A DNA stretch of 48,739 nt from Scyliorhinus canicula (GCF_902713615.1 NW_024055829.1:62001-110739), one strand, 5' to 3'. Positions 35,061-47,092 are shown, numbered from the stretch's first letter. Translations and numbers: made by a program. Notes: generated by a model not told the origin, from the letters alone.

Positions 35061-36069
35061 CCTGTTAGACACACTTTGATACACACCGATTTGTTTGGGG
35101 TAGCCCAGACCGGCCAGACTCTCGGGCACCCAGAGTCCCTTCCATTAGCTTATGTGGCAACAAGTTCTGTGCAGCAGCACAACCGGAGATGGATACCTGG
35201 GGGCGGACCCCGGTGTCCTGTCACACCAGTAGGTGTTGGGACCCCCTCCAGAGACCTCATTGGCCGGAAGCCAGAGATGTTTCTGGAAAGGTGGGGAGGG
35301 AGAGGGATAAAGGTAGATGCCCCAAAACACACCAGTGGCGAAAACTCCACGCAGAGGCAATCGAGACGTCTGACCAGAGGTTGAAACAAGCAGCGTGTGA
35401 GACCCACCTTCACAACGACGGACCTGAAAGATTCAGAGAATCAAACCCACGTCTCAACCGGAGCCATCTTTACGGGTAGTAAAACCAATCTTGGGAATCT
35501 TTGGTAAATGTTATTGGGTTAACTCAAGGGTAAATATTGTTGTTTAATAAAGTTAGTTTGATTTTATATTGTGTAGTCCTTTGTTTGCCTCGACAATAAA
35601 GACATTTGGGTAAAACCTTTGACTCATACACTGGTTGAAAGTGTCAGAGAAGATTTTACAGATACAACATCGTATTTGTAACTGGGATCCAGGTGCTTCT
35701 TGAATTTTGCCCATATTTTCGATTTTCACGGACATATAAGCAAGAGATTCATCCACTGACATCTTCAGCTCCTCTGCCAAACCCTGACGGTGTTTTCCTA
35801 ATTCAGCCGTTCCAATGCGGCTGCTGTCGGCAGCGTGTTCAGCGTTGGAGAAGGAGGACTCGCCCCCGCCATCTTGCAGCCCGCCGAGTCCTGCGAAGCC
35901 TCGGAGTCCCAGGAGTAAGTGCGGCCCGCTTCTTTTCCATTCTTCTTTCTCGGCATTATCTTGAAGTTTGTGTATTTGTCTGCCGAGTATCATAGAATTT
36001 ACAGTGCAGAAGGAGGCCATTCAGCCCATTGAGTCAGCACTGGCTCTTGGAAAGAGCACGCTACCTTTT

Positions 36070-36365
36070 GTAAATCCATGCTGACTTTGTCCGATTACAC
36101 CACTGCTTTCCAAATGCTGTGCTATGAAGTCCTTGATAATGGACTCCAGCAACTTCCCTCCTACTGATGTCAGGCTCACTGGTCTATAGTTCCCTGTTTT
36201 CTCTCTACCTCCCTTTTGAATAGCGGGATTACATTCGCTATCCTCCAATCTGTAGGAACAATTCAAGAGTCGACAAGAATTTTGGAAAATTACCACCATT
36301 GGATCTCCTATTTCCAGAGCCACTTCCTCAACTAGTTTGGGATGAAGATTATCAGGTCCTGGAGA
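36070..36365 (-). mobile_element. CR1 RT N-terminal fragment
   Basis: KSPGPDNLHPK...GNYRPVSLTSVGGKLLESIIKD...QHGFTKG. Confidence 0.85.
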
Positions 36366-36998
36366 TTTTATAGACGGAATAGATAGTCTCAGAGATTGGG
36401 CCAAAATTTGGCAGATGGAGTTTAATGTAGATAAGTGTCAGGTTATCCATTTAGACTGAAAAATAGAAAGGACAATTATCTGAATGGAAGCAGATTCAAG
36501 ATGTGTTGGACAGAGGGATCTGGGTCAATTTGTGGAACTCGCTGCCCCATAGTGCAGTGGAATTTGAGTCATTAAATGGTTTGAAGAAGAAGATACATAG
36601 ATTTCTGATTATAAAATGGATTAAAGGGATATGGGGAACAGATGGGGAGGTGGATTTGAGACGAGGAACAGATTGGCCGTGATCTGATTGAATAGCGGAG
36701 CGATCTGATTGAATAGCGGAGCAGGCTTGAAGGGCCGAATTGTGTACTTCTACTAATTCTTATGTTCCTATGTACTGTCCAAGATAAAATTAATGTATTA
36801 CATCTGCTCCAGTGGATCATTTCAGTGGAAATGTGCTCTCGCTCAAAGACTATCAGCCGACTGGAGTGAACATTGGAAGACTGGCCAGCCCACAGAGAAA
36901 CCTTCTGATCTCCCACTTCACCAACTGTCATAATGACCATGGTTCAATCCTGGATGTGATAAAGAGCAGCAGAAATCAGCAGAATCCAACCCCTGTAA

Positions 36999-37902
36999 TT
37001 ACTTGTGAACTCGCTGGTGTTTCTGCAGGTAGGATGTACTACTGAATCCTTTCCCACACACGGAGCAGGAAAACGGCTTCTCCTTAGTGTGAACTCGCTG
37101 GTGTCTGAGCAGGTTGGATGAATTAACAAATCCCTTCTGACACACAGAGCAGGTGAATGGTCGCTCCCCAGTGTGAAGTCGCTGGTGTGTTACCAAGTTG
37201 GATGAATTAACAAATCCCTTCCTGACACACAGAGCAGGTGAATGGTCTCTCCCCAGTGTGAAGTCGCTGGTGTGTTACCAAGTTGGATGAATTAACAAAT
37301 CGCTTCCGACACACAGAGCAGGTAAACGGCTTCTCCCCAGTGTGAATTCGCTGGTGTGTTACCAAGTTGGATGAATTAATAAATCTCTTCCTGCACACTT
37401 TGCAGGTGAATGGCCTCATTGCGGTGTGAACTCGCTGGTGTGTCAGCAAGTTGGATGAATTAGTAAATCCCTTCTCAACCACTGAGCAGGTGAATGGCTT
37501 CTCCTCAGTGTGAACCCCCTGGTGTGTCAGCAGGTTGGATGAATCTATGAATCCTTGCCGACACACTGAGCAGGTGAATGGCGTCTCCCCGGTGCGAACT
37601 CGCCGCTGTGTCAGCAGGTTGGATGAAACAGTAAATCCCTTCCCACACTGAGAGCAAATGAACAGTCTCTCCCTGGTGTGAGTACGTCGATGAGTTTCCA
37701 GCACAGACGGGAAAATGAATTCCATCCCACAATCCCCACATTTCCACGGTTTCCCCATGGTGTGTCTCGGTGCTTTTCCAGTCACACGGATGGTAAAACG
37801 GCCGATGGTTTCCCCCGTGCTAACGAATCGAGTGTCTCTGTTAGATCTCAATGTGAAGTTTGGTTTGAGATTTCTTGCTGCAAATCTTCCCCTTTGAATA
37901 TC
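36999..37902 (-). pseudogene. C2H2 zinc-finger gene A coding exon, about 9 fingers, 1-bp frameshift near 37221 and two degenerate fingers
   Basis: ORF 37207-37851 and continuation 36999-37196 with CxxC...HxxxH and TGEKPF linkers; acceptor TTAACAG|GATATT at 37902. Confidence 0.85.
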
Positions 37903-39487
37903 CTGTTAAAGCAGTTTACAAATGTCATCACGGTCAGTACAGCTCAGAAATTCAGAACAAACAATTCTAGTTGCAGTGGAACATGCTTTCCTCGCTCGTT
38001 CCCCAAAAGCTGTAAATTTCCACGCACGCATCTGTACAAACTCACACTCTCTCTCTCTTGGTCCGTCCATTCTCACTCCATATTCACCCTCCCTATTCTC
38101 CTGAAGCTGCTAATTCATGTTGATCAACAGATCGACACTCAGCATTTCCTGATCTTGACCAAGATATTGTGACATCCCAAGAAATAGGAGCAGGAGACGG
38201 TCATTCAGCCCATCAAGTCTGCTCCACCATTTAATAAGTTCATGGCTGGTCTGATACTAATCTCAAATCTTCAATTCCAGGGAATAAATATGGTGCAGAA
38301 TTTGATGGTTAATATCAGCTGATGGACAGAAGAGAAATGATCTCGAGTGCAGGAAAAACAATTCCTGACCATGGGAAGATAAAGATGGTAAATCAGCAGC
38401 ACATAGCCAAGGGATGGGCTGCAGTGACAACTTCATTCAGACACATTGGAAGAAATAACAGTAAAATACTAAACATGGTTAAAATAAATACCCTATTAGA
38501 GGCAGAAGTTGAACAATGGCAGAGAGGTGATGAGGGAGGGCAGAGCTGAAACAGAGCAATGTGTGAACTTGAATTCAGATCCACAGTAAAGGAGACAAAC
38601 CTGCCCCAGAGCCCAGAAACCAGAGCACAGACAACAAAGCACAATTCTAAAAACTCTAAATTATAGATGAATGCTCAATAATACTCACTTCTGGAACAAT
38701 TTCACGGATTTCAAATGTAAAACCTTCTATGGAGTCTGCAGCTGCAAAGATATCAGAAGCACTGGAATCAGAGAAAAATCACAGTTTTCAAATCTTCTAA
38801 CTCCCTGTAAAATGAGATTACAAGAGTCATGTGTCAATTGTGGTCAGAGAGTAACATTTTTTCTTTATCCCAGATTGCTGTGTGTAAATCCTCCCCATCT
38901 ATCTCCCTGTAAACGGAGTTTCCAAAGTCCAAGATATAAATTCATTAAAACTCTCTCCCCATTTCCTGGCCTAGGATTACTATGGGATACACTTACATTG
39001 GAAGCAGTTCAGACAAGGGTCACTAAGCTGATTCCTGGCATGAAGGGGTTTGTTTTATGATGGAAAGGTTGGCCAGGGTGTGCATATACTGATTGTATTT
39101 TAGATAAATGAAAGGTAATCTTACAGCAGCAGAGAGGATTCTGAGGGTGCTTGACAGGTGCTGAAAGGATGTTTCTCCTCAACAGGGAATCTTCCACTGC
39201 AAGGAAAGTTTAAAAATCAGTGTCTAAGACAGAAATGAGGAGAAATTGCTTCTCTCAGAGCGCCAGTTAGCCGGTGGAATTCTCTGCCCAGTGAGCAGTG
39301 GAGGCGTGGCCATTGAATTTATTCAAGGCTGCATTATACACCATTTTTACTGGCAGGGGAGTAAAAGGTGAGGAAGGTTCATTGTCTGAAGGAAAATGGA
39401 GTTAAGACAATGATCAAATGAGCCACAATTGTCCGAATGGCCTCTTACTGCTAATAATTCTGATAATCTTATTCTTCTGTTATTGGG

Positions 39488-39980
39488 ATGGGCGCACATG
39501 CGCTTTGCAGCAATTCCCCTCCCCCCGCCCTCACCCTGAAGAGGGCGCCCGTTCTCCCGGACCATTCAATCAATGAGTCAAACATTTTCTCTCCTGGTCA
39601 CCAGAACCCTGAAGCTCCTCCTACTTTCCGTGACGGCACCAAGATGGCCGCTCATGCGCTCTGCTCCCCGCTGAACGAAGATGGGGACAATGGAACTGGG
39701 CCCAATCTGGATAAAAGCCCATCAGCTGCAAACACGGGGCCTGCAGGGTCTCTTCCTGCCGAGGGCCTTTCCCGGGTGTTTATGAAGCCTCCGCTCCCTC
39801 CCTTCCCCCCGGTTCCCGGCTCCATTCCTCCCTCCTTCCCACCGCCGCTCACCCGCGGAAACAGCCCCTTCAGCGCTCGCAGAGCTTCGAGCAGGATGAC
39901 AGTGCGCATGCTCCAGATACAATACTGCGCCTGCGTACTGGGCTCCTGTGGAATGAATAGGGCACATTCACCGCCGCAAT
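39488..39980. promoter_or_regulatory. CpG-rich promoter-like region, likely for ZNF gene A
   Basis: AAGATGGCCG (YY1-like) at 39641-39650, several GCGCATGC-like (NRF1) motifs, GC boxes; same architecture as 45460-45960. Confidence 0.55.
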
Positions 39981-40482
39981 GGATGTTGGGTAATATCAGC
40001 ACCATTCAAACCTCAAACAACGAATACAAAATAACAATTTTGCCATTTGACCTCAACTAATTTTCAAAAATCATAAATGATTATGAATTGATGATCTATG
40101 TTACATGTGTCAGAGTTCTGTGTGTGCCTATGTCGAGGTTTTAAAGCTTTTCTACTGTTTCTTCTCTCTCTACCCTGCCGGTGCTAACTCTTGCTGGGTT
40201 CAATTGCAGTTACTGATTTCTCTCCCTGTTCATAATACTGAATATTCATTGTTTTGTTGAATGATAATGCACAGAGGGAAACCATTTGGCTCATCATATT
40301 GGCTAGCAGTGTCAGAACCTGATTGAGTTTAACTGAATATGTCTCCAGACCCCACCTACTGCACTGACTTTAATAACAAAGGGCCAAGGGAGGATTCCGG
40401 TGTGTTCAGAGTGGGTGAATTGTGGAATTACAAAGAAAAGGTATTGATATCCTGAATCTTCAGAATTATCACTTGACTGGGA

Positions 40483-40750
40483 TAGAACATAGAACTGTAC
40501 AGAACAGGCCCTTTGGCCCTCGATGTTGTGCCGAGCAATGATCACCCTACTTAAACCCACGTATCCACCCTGTACCCGTAACCCAACAACCCCCCCCACC
40601 TTACTTTTTAGGACACTACGGGCAATTTAGCATGGCCAATCCACCTAACCCGCACATCTTTGGACTGTGGGAGGAAACCGGAGCACCCGGAGGAAACCAC
40701 GCACACACGGGGAGGACGTGCAGACTCCGCACAGACAGTGACCCAGCCGG
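40483..40750 (-). mobile_element. HE1/V-SINE-like SINE, head truncated
   Basis: Near-identical to 33096-33370. Confidence 0.85.
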
Positions 40751-40885
40751 ATGTTTCAGCAATAAAAAAACTCCCATGTACTTGTCAGAGGCCATGCCCA
40801 ATGGACCTGTTAAAGCCAAACCATTGTTCTACTGCAGTAAGAAGTCTTACAACACCAGGTTAAAGTACAACAGGTTTGTTTCAAA

Positions 40886-40920
40886 CACGAGCTTTCGGAG
40901 CGCAGCTCCTTCTTCAGGTG
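40886..40920 (-). ncRNA. Minimal type I hammerhead ribozyme motif in a Penelope-like remnant (about 40838-40920)
   Basis: - strand CAC-CTGAAGA-A-GGAGC-TGC-GCTCC-GAA-AGCT-C-GTG: intact core, stem I CAC/GTG, stem II 5 bp, palindromic stem III AGCT. Confidence 0.75.
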
Positions 40921-41129
40921 AGTCACCTCACCCAGTATCGATCCCCTCCTCCCACCATTCACCCCTCCCAGGTCCATTGAAATCTGCTCGACCAGGCTCC
41001 AACAACCACGGCCCCTGCCACACCAAACTCCCGTTCACTAGCCAACCTTTGTTAGCTTGTGCGATGAACCCCACCAGAGCCCCCGCTCCTCCCCATCCCT
41101 TCCTCAGTAACCTTCCTTAAAACAAAGAA

Positions 41130-41790
41130 CAGTACTGAACCTCACCCAGAATCAAGAAAAAGCAAAACCCGAAACTCATGGAAACACAATTCAAGATGCA
41201 GAAAACAAAACTCCCAAACAGAAAGCCTTCCCGAAGACAAACGCTGTCCCCGTCCCCACCAACCATGTCCAAATCCCAACACTCATCTCAGTCCTTCAGC
41301 CTTAACTAAGGCCTCCACCGCCTTGAAATAAAAATCCCTTGAATTGTGAGTCACTCTCAACTTCGCAGGTTAGACCACTCTGAATCTCACTCCGCTGCCA
41401 ATGCCGCCCTCTCCCCGTCAAAGGCCACCCGCCTTCTCTGCAGCTCTGCTTGGTATATTCACATGTCAACGTCTTCCCACACCTCGCCTTTGCTTTGCCG
41501 AGCTCAAAACCCTCTCCTTCACGTGGTCGCTGTGGAAGCAGAATTTACCCGCCCTTATTGGCTCATTCGCTTGAGGCTTCGGCCTGAGCCCTGTCCAACT
41601 CGTAGCGGGAGGGATCTTCCCCCTCTCCCGTCAACTCCTCAAACACCCTCACAAAGTACTCAGTCGGCCTCAGGCCCTCCACCCCCTTGGGCAGCCCCAC
41701 AATTCTCAAGTTTTGCCTTCTCGATCTGTTCTCCAGGTCCTGCACATTGGCTCTGAACCGCTTATTCACCTCCACCACCCGCCGCAGCTC
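41130..41790 (-). mobile_element. L1-like ORF1 fragment
   Basis: VQDLENRSRRQNLRIVGLPKGVEGLRPTEYF...ELDRA. Confidence 0.8.
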
Positions 41791-42704
41791 CTCACTGATA
41801 GGTCTGTACTTTGGTTAATATATCTGAAGTGTCGCTGCACTAATATATTACTCTGCAGAACTTGAAATTGAGCTTCATGCGTGAAGTAATTTGTCTTTTA
41901 TTCAGTTAGTTTCAGATGTCTCTTGAACAGGTCAGTTTGCAAATACAGAGTATTTACAGTTAGTTTTGTCTAAGCAAATACAGAGCACTGAGTTGAATTC
42001 AATACAAGCTACAGCTCTTGATCACTTCTTCTAACTGAATACACAATGCAGAGAAGTTGAAAATAAATAAAATGGCGGTTCAAAGCGAAAGTGCAGAAAG
42101 TAGCTTCAGAAATTAAGTAAGGTGATTCTGGAATGAATTGTTGAAAATCGGCAGTACTTTTTAAGGTTATGGCTATCACCAATGTCTGTCCCCTTTCTGG
42201 TTGTGATTGGGTTAAAGTAATTATAGTATTATTTAATTCGATTGAGATTTCTGTCCACCAAATTTAGGTATGGGGTGATTGAAATACGTATTTTTTATGA
42301 GCCTTATCCGTTGAATGAAAAGTTTCTGGGAACATTGCCCAGAAACTTTAAATTAACAAAATGTGTCCTTGGTCTGTGTGGCTTCTTTATCTTGATGTTT
42401 CTCATGCGATTCAGCATTTTTACTGTCCTGTTTGCAATTTGGGTTTTTTAACAAATCATTTGACGAAGCCGTTTTAAATCTTGGGCCATTTATTCTTTTA
42501 CACTTGTTATAGACTAAAAAGGTAATTTATACTAAAAGGTAGATTCTATCACTCACTCATCGAGGTGAACACTGGACTTAATGCAATTGATGTCCATTCT
42601 ATTAATCCTTGTAACTGGGCTGGGGTTTAACATCATTGGAAATAAATCAGAACTGTCAGAATGAACATGATTCAAGTTCTGGGTTTAATATCAAATCCCT
42701 GTAA

Positions 42705-43631
42705 TCACATGTGAACTCTCTGGTGTTTCAGACGATTGGATGGATCAGTGAATCCTCTATCACACACGGGGCAGATGAACGGCTTCTCCCCAGAATGGAT
42801 TCGCTGGTGTTTCATCAAATCCCTTCTGCTTTTAAAGCTCTTCTCACAGTCAGAACATTGAAATGGTCTCTCATTAGTGTGAACAAGTTTATGTGACCGA
42901 AGCTGCGATTTCAAAGCGAATCCCTTCCCACACTCAGCGCAGGTAAAGGGTTTCTCCCCAGTGTGAACCCGTTGGTGATTCTGAAGACTACATGCATGAG
43001 TGAAACTCTTCCCACACTCAGTGCAGATGAATGCTTTCTCTTCAATGTGAACTTGCTGGTGATCCCGAAGACTAGATGGATGAGTGAAACTCTTCCCACA
43101 CTCAGTGCAAGCGAATGCCTTCTCTTCAGCGTGAACACGCTGGTGTCTAAGAAGGAATGTTGATCTAATGAATCCCTTTCCACACACGGAGCAGACAAAC
43201 GGCCTCTCACCAGTGTGGACAAATTTGTGCTGAGTGAGATGGGAAGAGCAAGTGAATCTCTGCCCGCACTCAGAGCAGTGGAATGGTCTCTCCCCAGTGT
43301 GAACCCGTAGATGTTCAGTGAGGTGGGATGAACACCGGAAGCTCTTCCCACACTGAGAGCAATTGTACGGTTTCTCTCCAGTGTGAAATCGCTGGTGTGT
43401 CGTTAGACTGGATTCCCAGGTGAATTCCTTTCCACAGGTGGAGCAGGTGAATAGCTTCTCTCTGGTGTGAACACGTTGATGATTAATTAGACCCCCAGCA
43501 TTCCTATAGCTCTTCCCACAGTCAGAGCAGTTGAAAGTCCTCTCCCTGGTGTGACTACGTCGATGAATTTCCAGCCCTGATGGGGATCTGAATTCCTTCC
43601 CACAGTCCCCACATTTCCACGGTTTCCCCAT
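42705..43631 (-). CDS. C2H2 zinc-finger protein B, 308 aa, 11 tandem fingers, intact
   Basis: MGKPWKCGDCG...; 11 CxxC-12-HxxxH units with TGE(K/R)PF linkers; no KRAB/SCAN/BTB seen; exon acceptor TTTTACAG|GGGAT at 44345. Confidence 0.92.
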   Translation of the reverse strand: MGKPWKCGDCGKEFRSPSGLEIHRRSHTRERTFNCSDCGKSYRNAGGLINHQRVHTREKLFTCSTCGKEFTWESSLTTHQRFHTGEKPYNCSQCGKSFRCSSHLTEHLRVHTGERPFHCSECGQRFTCSSHLTQHKFVHTGERPFVCSVCGKGFIRSTFLLRHQRVHAEEKAFACTECGKSFTHPSSLRDHQQVHIEEKAFICTECGKSFTHACSLQNHQRVHTGEKPFTCAECGKGFALKSQLRSHKLVHTNERPFQCSDCEKSFKSRRDLMKHQRIHSGEKPFICPVCDRGFTDPSNRLKHQRVHM

Positions 43632-43656
43632 GCTGCCGGCGTCCTTGTGGTACCAA

Positions 43657-43996
43657 GGCAGTGACGTTGGCGTATTGTCACTGGACTAATAATCTAGAGA
43701 CCCAGGGTAATGCTCTGGGGACCCAGGTTTGAATCCCACCACGGCAGATGGTGAAATTTAAATTCAATAAAGATCTGGAATTAAAAGTCCATGAAATCAT
43801 TATCATTTGTTGTAAAAACCCATCTGGTTCACTGATGTCCTTCAGGGAAAGAAATCTGCCATCCTTACCTGGTCTGGCCTACATGTGACTCCAGATCCAT
43901 AGCAATGTGGTTGACTCTCAAATGCCTTCAGGGATGGGCAATAAATGCCTCCACAAGCAGTGATGCCCACATCCCATGAACAAACTTTTTTAAAAA
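43657..43996 (+). mobile_element. DeuSINE-like (SacSINE1-type) SINE, antisense in the 5' part of the ZNF B exon
   Basis: tRNA-like head plus Deu-domain-like core CTGCCATCCTTACCTGGTCTGGCCTACATGTGACTCCAG...GCAATGTGGTTGACTCT; tail shared with the LINE end near 24200. Confidence 0.7.
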
Positions 43997-44456
43997 ACAG
44001 GGTGGATATCAGTTGAAGCCTCGTCCACATGCAGACACAAATGCGGTTTCTCCCCACTGTGAATGGTGTGATTTTTTTTTCAGGCTGTGTAACTGGAACA
44101 CTCTCACTCGGGTGTGCGCTGTGTGGGTCTCGGTGCTTTTCCAGTCACACTGATGTTTCTACAGTCAGTTCACTGGAACAGTCGAACTGGAGTGTGTGTT
44201 GTATGGGTCTTGGTGCTTGTCCAGTCACACTGATGTTTCAGATCCTTGCCCGGAAAGAGAACAGACAAACATTTCTCCTTCCACATTCAGTGGCTGATGA
44301 TATTCAGATCCTGATGAACGTGTCAAATCCTCTCCGTCCAATCCCCTGTAAAAGGAGTTGACAGTGTCAGTACCACTTTCATTCAAGGATGGAAATTCAG
44401 AACAAATAATTAATTTCTAGAGCGTATTCTTTCCTCTCTTGTTTCCCCAAATATCA

Positions 44457-44707
44457 TCATAGAATTTACAGTGTAGAAGGAGAAGTTTGCAGTGGCCCCT
44501 GGAAAGTGCACCCCACACTATCCCCCTAACTCAACCTAACCGTTTTTGGACACCAAGGGCAATTTTTCATAGCCAATCCGCCTAACCTGCACATCTCTGG
44601 ACTGACAAAGGGAGAAAGTGCAGACTCCACACAGACAGTGACCAAGCCTGGAATCGAACCTGGGACCTTGGAGTTGTGAAGTAACTGTGCTAACCACTGT
44701 GCTACCC
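44457..44707 (-). mobile_element. HE1/V-SINE-like SINE
   Basis: Matches other copies with internal deletions. Confidence 0.75.
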
Positions 44708-44755
44708 AATCAAAGTAAAAGAAAGCAAAATCCCAACAAATACAAAGGAAAGCTA

Positions 44756-44970
44756 GGGTACAGTGGTTTACAATGCTGCCTCATGGCGCTGAGGACCCAG
44801 GATCGATCCCGGCCCCAGGTCACTGTCCATGTGGAGTTTGTACATATTCTCCGTGTCTGCGTGGGTCTCACTCCCACAACCCAAAAAAGATGTTGAGGGT
44901 AGGTGGATTGGCCCACTAAATTTGGAAAAACAAATTGGGTACTTTGGGGGAAAAAAAGGATTTTTTTTTT
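44756..44970 (+). mobile_element. SINE (subfamily of 18378-18570)
   Basis: Head GGTTTA..ATGCTGCCTCATGGCGCTGAGGACC; A-rich tail. Confidence 0.7.
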
Positions 44971-45459
44971 AACTAAACCAGAATGTTGCTTTCAATGTTT
45001 CAGAAACACTGAAATGAAAATCGCTTATTGTCACAAGTAGGCTTCAAATGAAGTTACTGTGAAAAGCCCCTAGTTGCCACATTCCGGCGCCTGTAATCTC
45101 CTCCACACACACCCCTTTGAGATCTCTGCACTCATTTAATTCCAGCCACTTCAGCATTCCCGATTTTAATCTTTCCACCATTACTGAGTTGCCAAGGCCT
45201 CAATTTCTGGAATTTCCTCCTTAAAATCTCCGATTCACTTTCCTCCTCATGTGGCTCAGTGTCAATTGCTATTTTGTAACGTTTCTCTGACAGTCTTAAA
45301 GTTATATTGTGTTCAAGCCACAATATAAATTCGAATTATTGTCACTACCCTGGACATATATTCTGCCCCATAAATAGGAATTTGTAACTCAGAGTGAAGC
45401 AGTCTGCTGGACATTCTGTCATGAAGAAACGTTTAAAAAATGTTGCCCCCAACAATGAT

Positions 45460-45960
45460 GGCTACTGAGCATGCGCTCTGCTGCTCGTGCCCCAATAAAG
45501 ATGGCGGATGCGCGTGCGCAGAGCTGCCAGTACCAAATAAAGATGGCGGCCGCAAAGTCTCGTCTGTAACAAAGCTACTGCCTCCGCTCAGATCCCGAGG
45601 CACCGGTTGGTTATTTTTCCGGATTTTCTGTGTAAATAACATGTTCACAAAGCGTGTTTGACGACCCGCCTGATGCATCTCTCCCTCCATCCTGCCATTC
45701 CCACCTTCACGGATTGTGGATCCGAGAACGAACGTTTTTCTGCATCGCCATTAATCACACTGCGCATGTTTCACTCAGCGCAGTCCCGCCCCCTCGTTCA
45801 CGCTGATTGATTGGAGGACCAGTCTATCCCGACCGGTCCTCCGGACCCGCACTCTCTCGTCCTATTGGTCCGGTGCTTCCGTCAATCATTGCCTGGGCAT
45901 TGTGAGGCGACAGGTGAGAGGTCAGTGTCGGGGTTTAGAACCCCCAGAGCCGAATGTGAA
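45460..45960. promoter_or_regulatory. CpG-rich, probably bidirectional promoter between ZNF B (-) and ZNF remnant C (+)
   Basis: YY1 AAGATGGCGG at 45498 and 45540, NRF1-like TGCGCGTGCGCA 45509-45520, GC box 45785, ATTGG boxes; + strand donor-like ACAG|GTGAGA near 45913. Confidence 0.6.
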
Positions 45961-45992
45961 ACATTGAACATTCTCCCCTCTCACTGTCCCGG

Positions 45993-46349
45993 GGGTGAGT
46001 TATTGATACTGACCGTCCCGGAGCCGCTCCTCCCCGGGTTGGCACCAACCCCCTCCCTGCCGACTAGGCCGTGAATCCCCAGGGTGAGTTATTGATACTG
46101 ACCGTCCCGGAGCTGCTCCTCCCCGGGTTGGCACTAACCCCCCTCCATGCCGACTAGGCCGTGAATCCCCGGACCGAGTTATTGATACTGACCGTCCCGG
46201 AGCTGCTCCTCCCCGGATTGGCATTAACCCCCCCTTCCCTCCCTCCCTGCCGACTAGACCGTGAATCACCATGGTGAGTTATTGATACTGACCGTCTCGG
46301 AGCTGCTGTTCCCCGGGTTGGCACCAACTCATCTCCCTGCCGACTAGAC
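45993..46349 (+). repeat. About 90-bp GC-rich VNTR, 4 copies
   Basis: GAGTTATTGATACTGACCGTC at 45997, 46086, 46176, 46276. Confidence 0.92.
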
Positions 46350-46422
46350 TTTCAGTGAATTAAAATTTTACCTTTTGCGTTGATGAGATTCATACCTGGG
46401 TCTCTGGAAAATTGTTAAGACC

Positions 46423-46664
46423 TTTTATTTATTTTTTATTTTTTTATAAATTTAGATTACCCAATTATGTTTTCCAATTAAGGGGCAATTTAGTGTGGCC
46501 AATCCACCTACTCTGCACATTTTTTTGGATTGTGGGAGCGAAACCCACGCAGACACGGGGAGAATGTGCAAACTCCACACGGACAGTGACCCAGAGCCGG
46601 GATCGAACCTGGGACCTCAGCGCCGTGAGGCGGTTGTGCTAACCACTAGGCCACCGTGCTGCCC
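46423..46664 (-). mobile_element. SINE (subfamily of 18378-18570)
   Basis: T-rich tail then body and head ending GTGCTGCCC. Confidence 0.82.
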
Positions 46665-46743
46665 AAATTGTTAAAACTTAATCATTAAATCATTGTAAGA
46701 AGTCTTACAACGCCAGGTTAAAGTCCAACAGGTTTGTTTCAAA

Positions 46744-46778
46744 CACGAGCTTTCGGAGCGCAGCTCCTTCCTCAGATG
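46744..46778 (-). ncRNA. Minimal hammerhead ribozyme motif
   Basis: CAT-CTGAGGA-A-GGAGC-TGC-GCTCC-GAA-AGCT-C-GTG; stem I has one G.U pair. Confidence 0.7.
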
Positions 46779-46785
46779 AATGGAC

Positions 46786-46820
46786 AACCTGAGGAAGGAG
46801 CAGTGCTCCGAAAGCTCGTG
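46786..46820 (+). ncRNA. Minimal hammerhead ribozyme motif (weak stem I)
   Basis: AAC-CTGAGGA-A-GGAGC-AGT-GCTCC-GAA-AGCT-C-GTG; core intact, only 2 bp of stem I. Confidence 0.6.
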
Positions 46821-46918
46821 TTTGAAACAAACCTGTTGGACTTTAACCTGGTGTTGTAAGACTTCTTACAGTGCTCACCCCAGTCCAACGCTGGCATCTC
46901 CACATCATTAAATCATTG

Positions 46919-47092
46919 AGAGGTGGTTTAGCACAGGGCTAAATTGCTGGCTTTGAAAGCAGACCAAGGCAGGCCAGCAGCACGATTCAATTCCCGTTCC
47001 AGCCTCCCAGAACAGGTGCCGGAATGTGGTGACTAGGGGCTTTTCACAGGAACTTCATTTGAAGCCTACTTGTGACAAGCAATTTTCATTTC
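46919..47092 (+). mobile_element. Second SINE family copy
   Basis: Matches 15402-15586. Confidence 0.75.

Larger units (their letters stand above)
46694..46903. mobile_element. Penelope-like palindromic remnant: 82-bp inverted repeat carrying two hammerhead motifs
   Basis: Arms 46694-46775 and 46789-46870 (4 mismatches); 15-bp direct repeat ATCATTAAATCATTG at 46681-46695 and 46904-46918. Confidence 0.8.

Noticed and set aside
35076-35596. Possible solo LTR (CCAAT, TATA-like and AATAAA motifs)
   Set aside because: No second copy, clear termini or TSD in this window; cannot be supported without a genome search
42911-43351. 146-aa alternative-frame ORF inside ZNF B
   Set aside because: Typical shadow frame of repetitive zinc-finger codons
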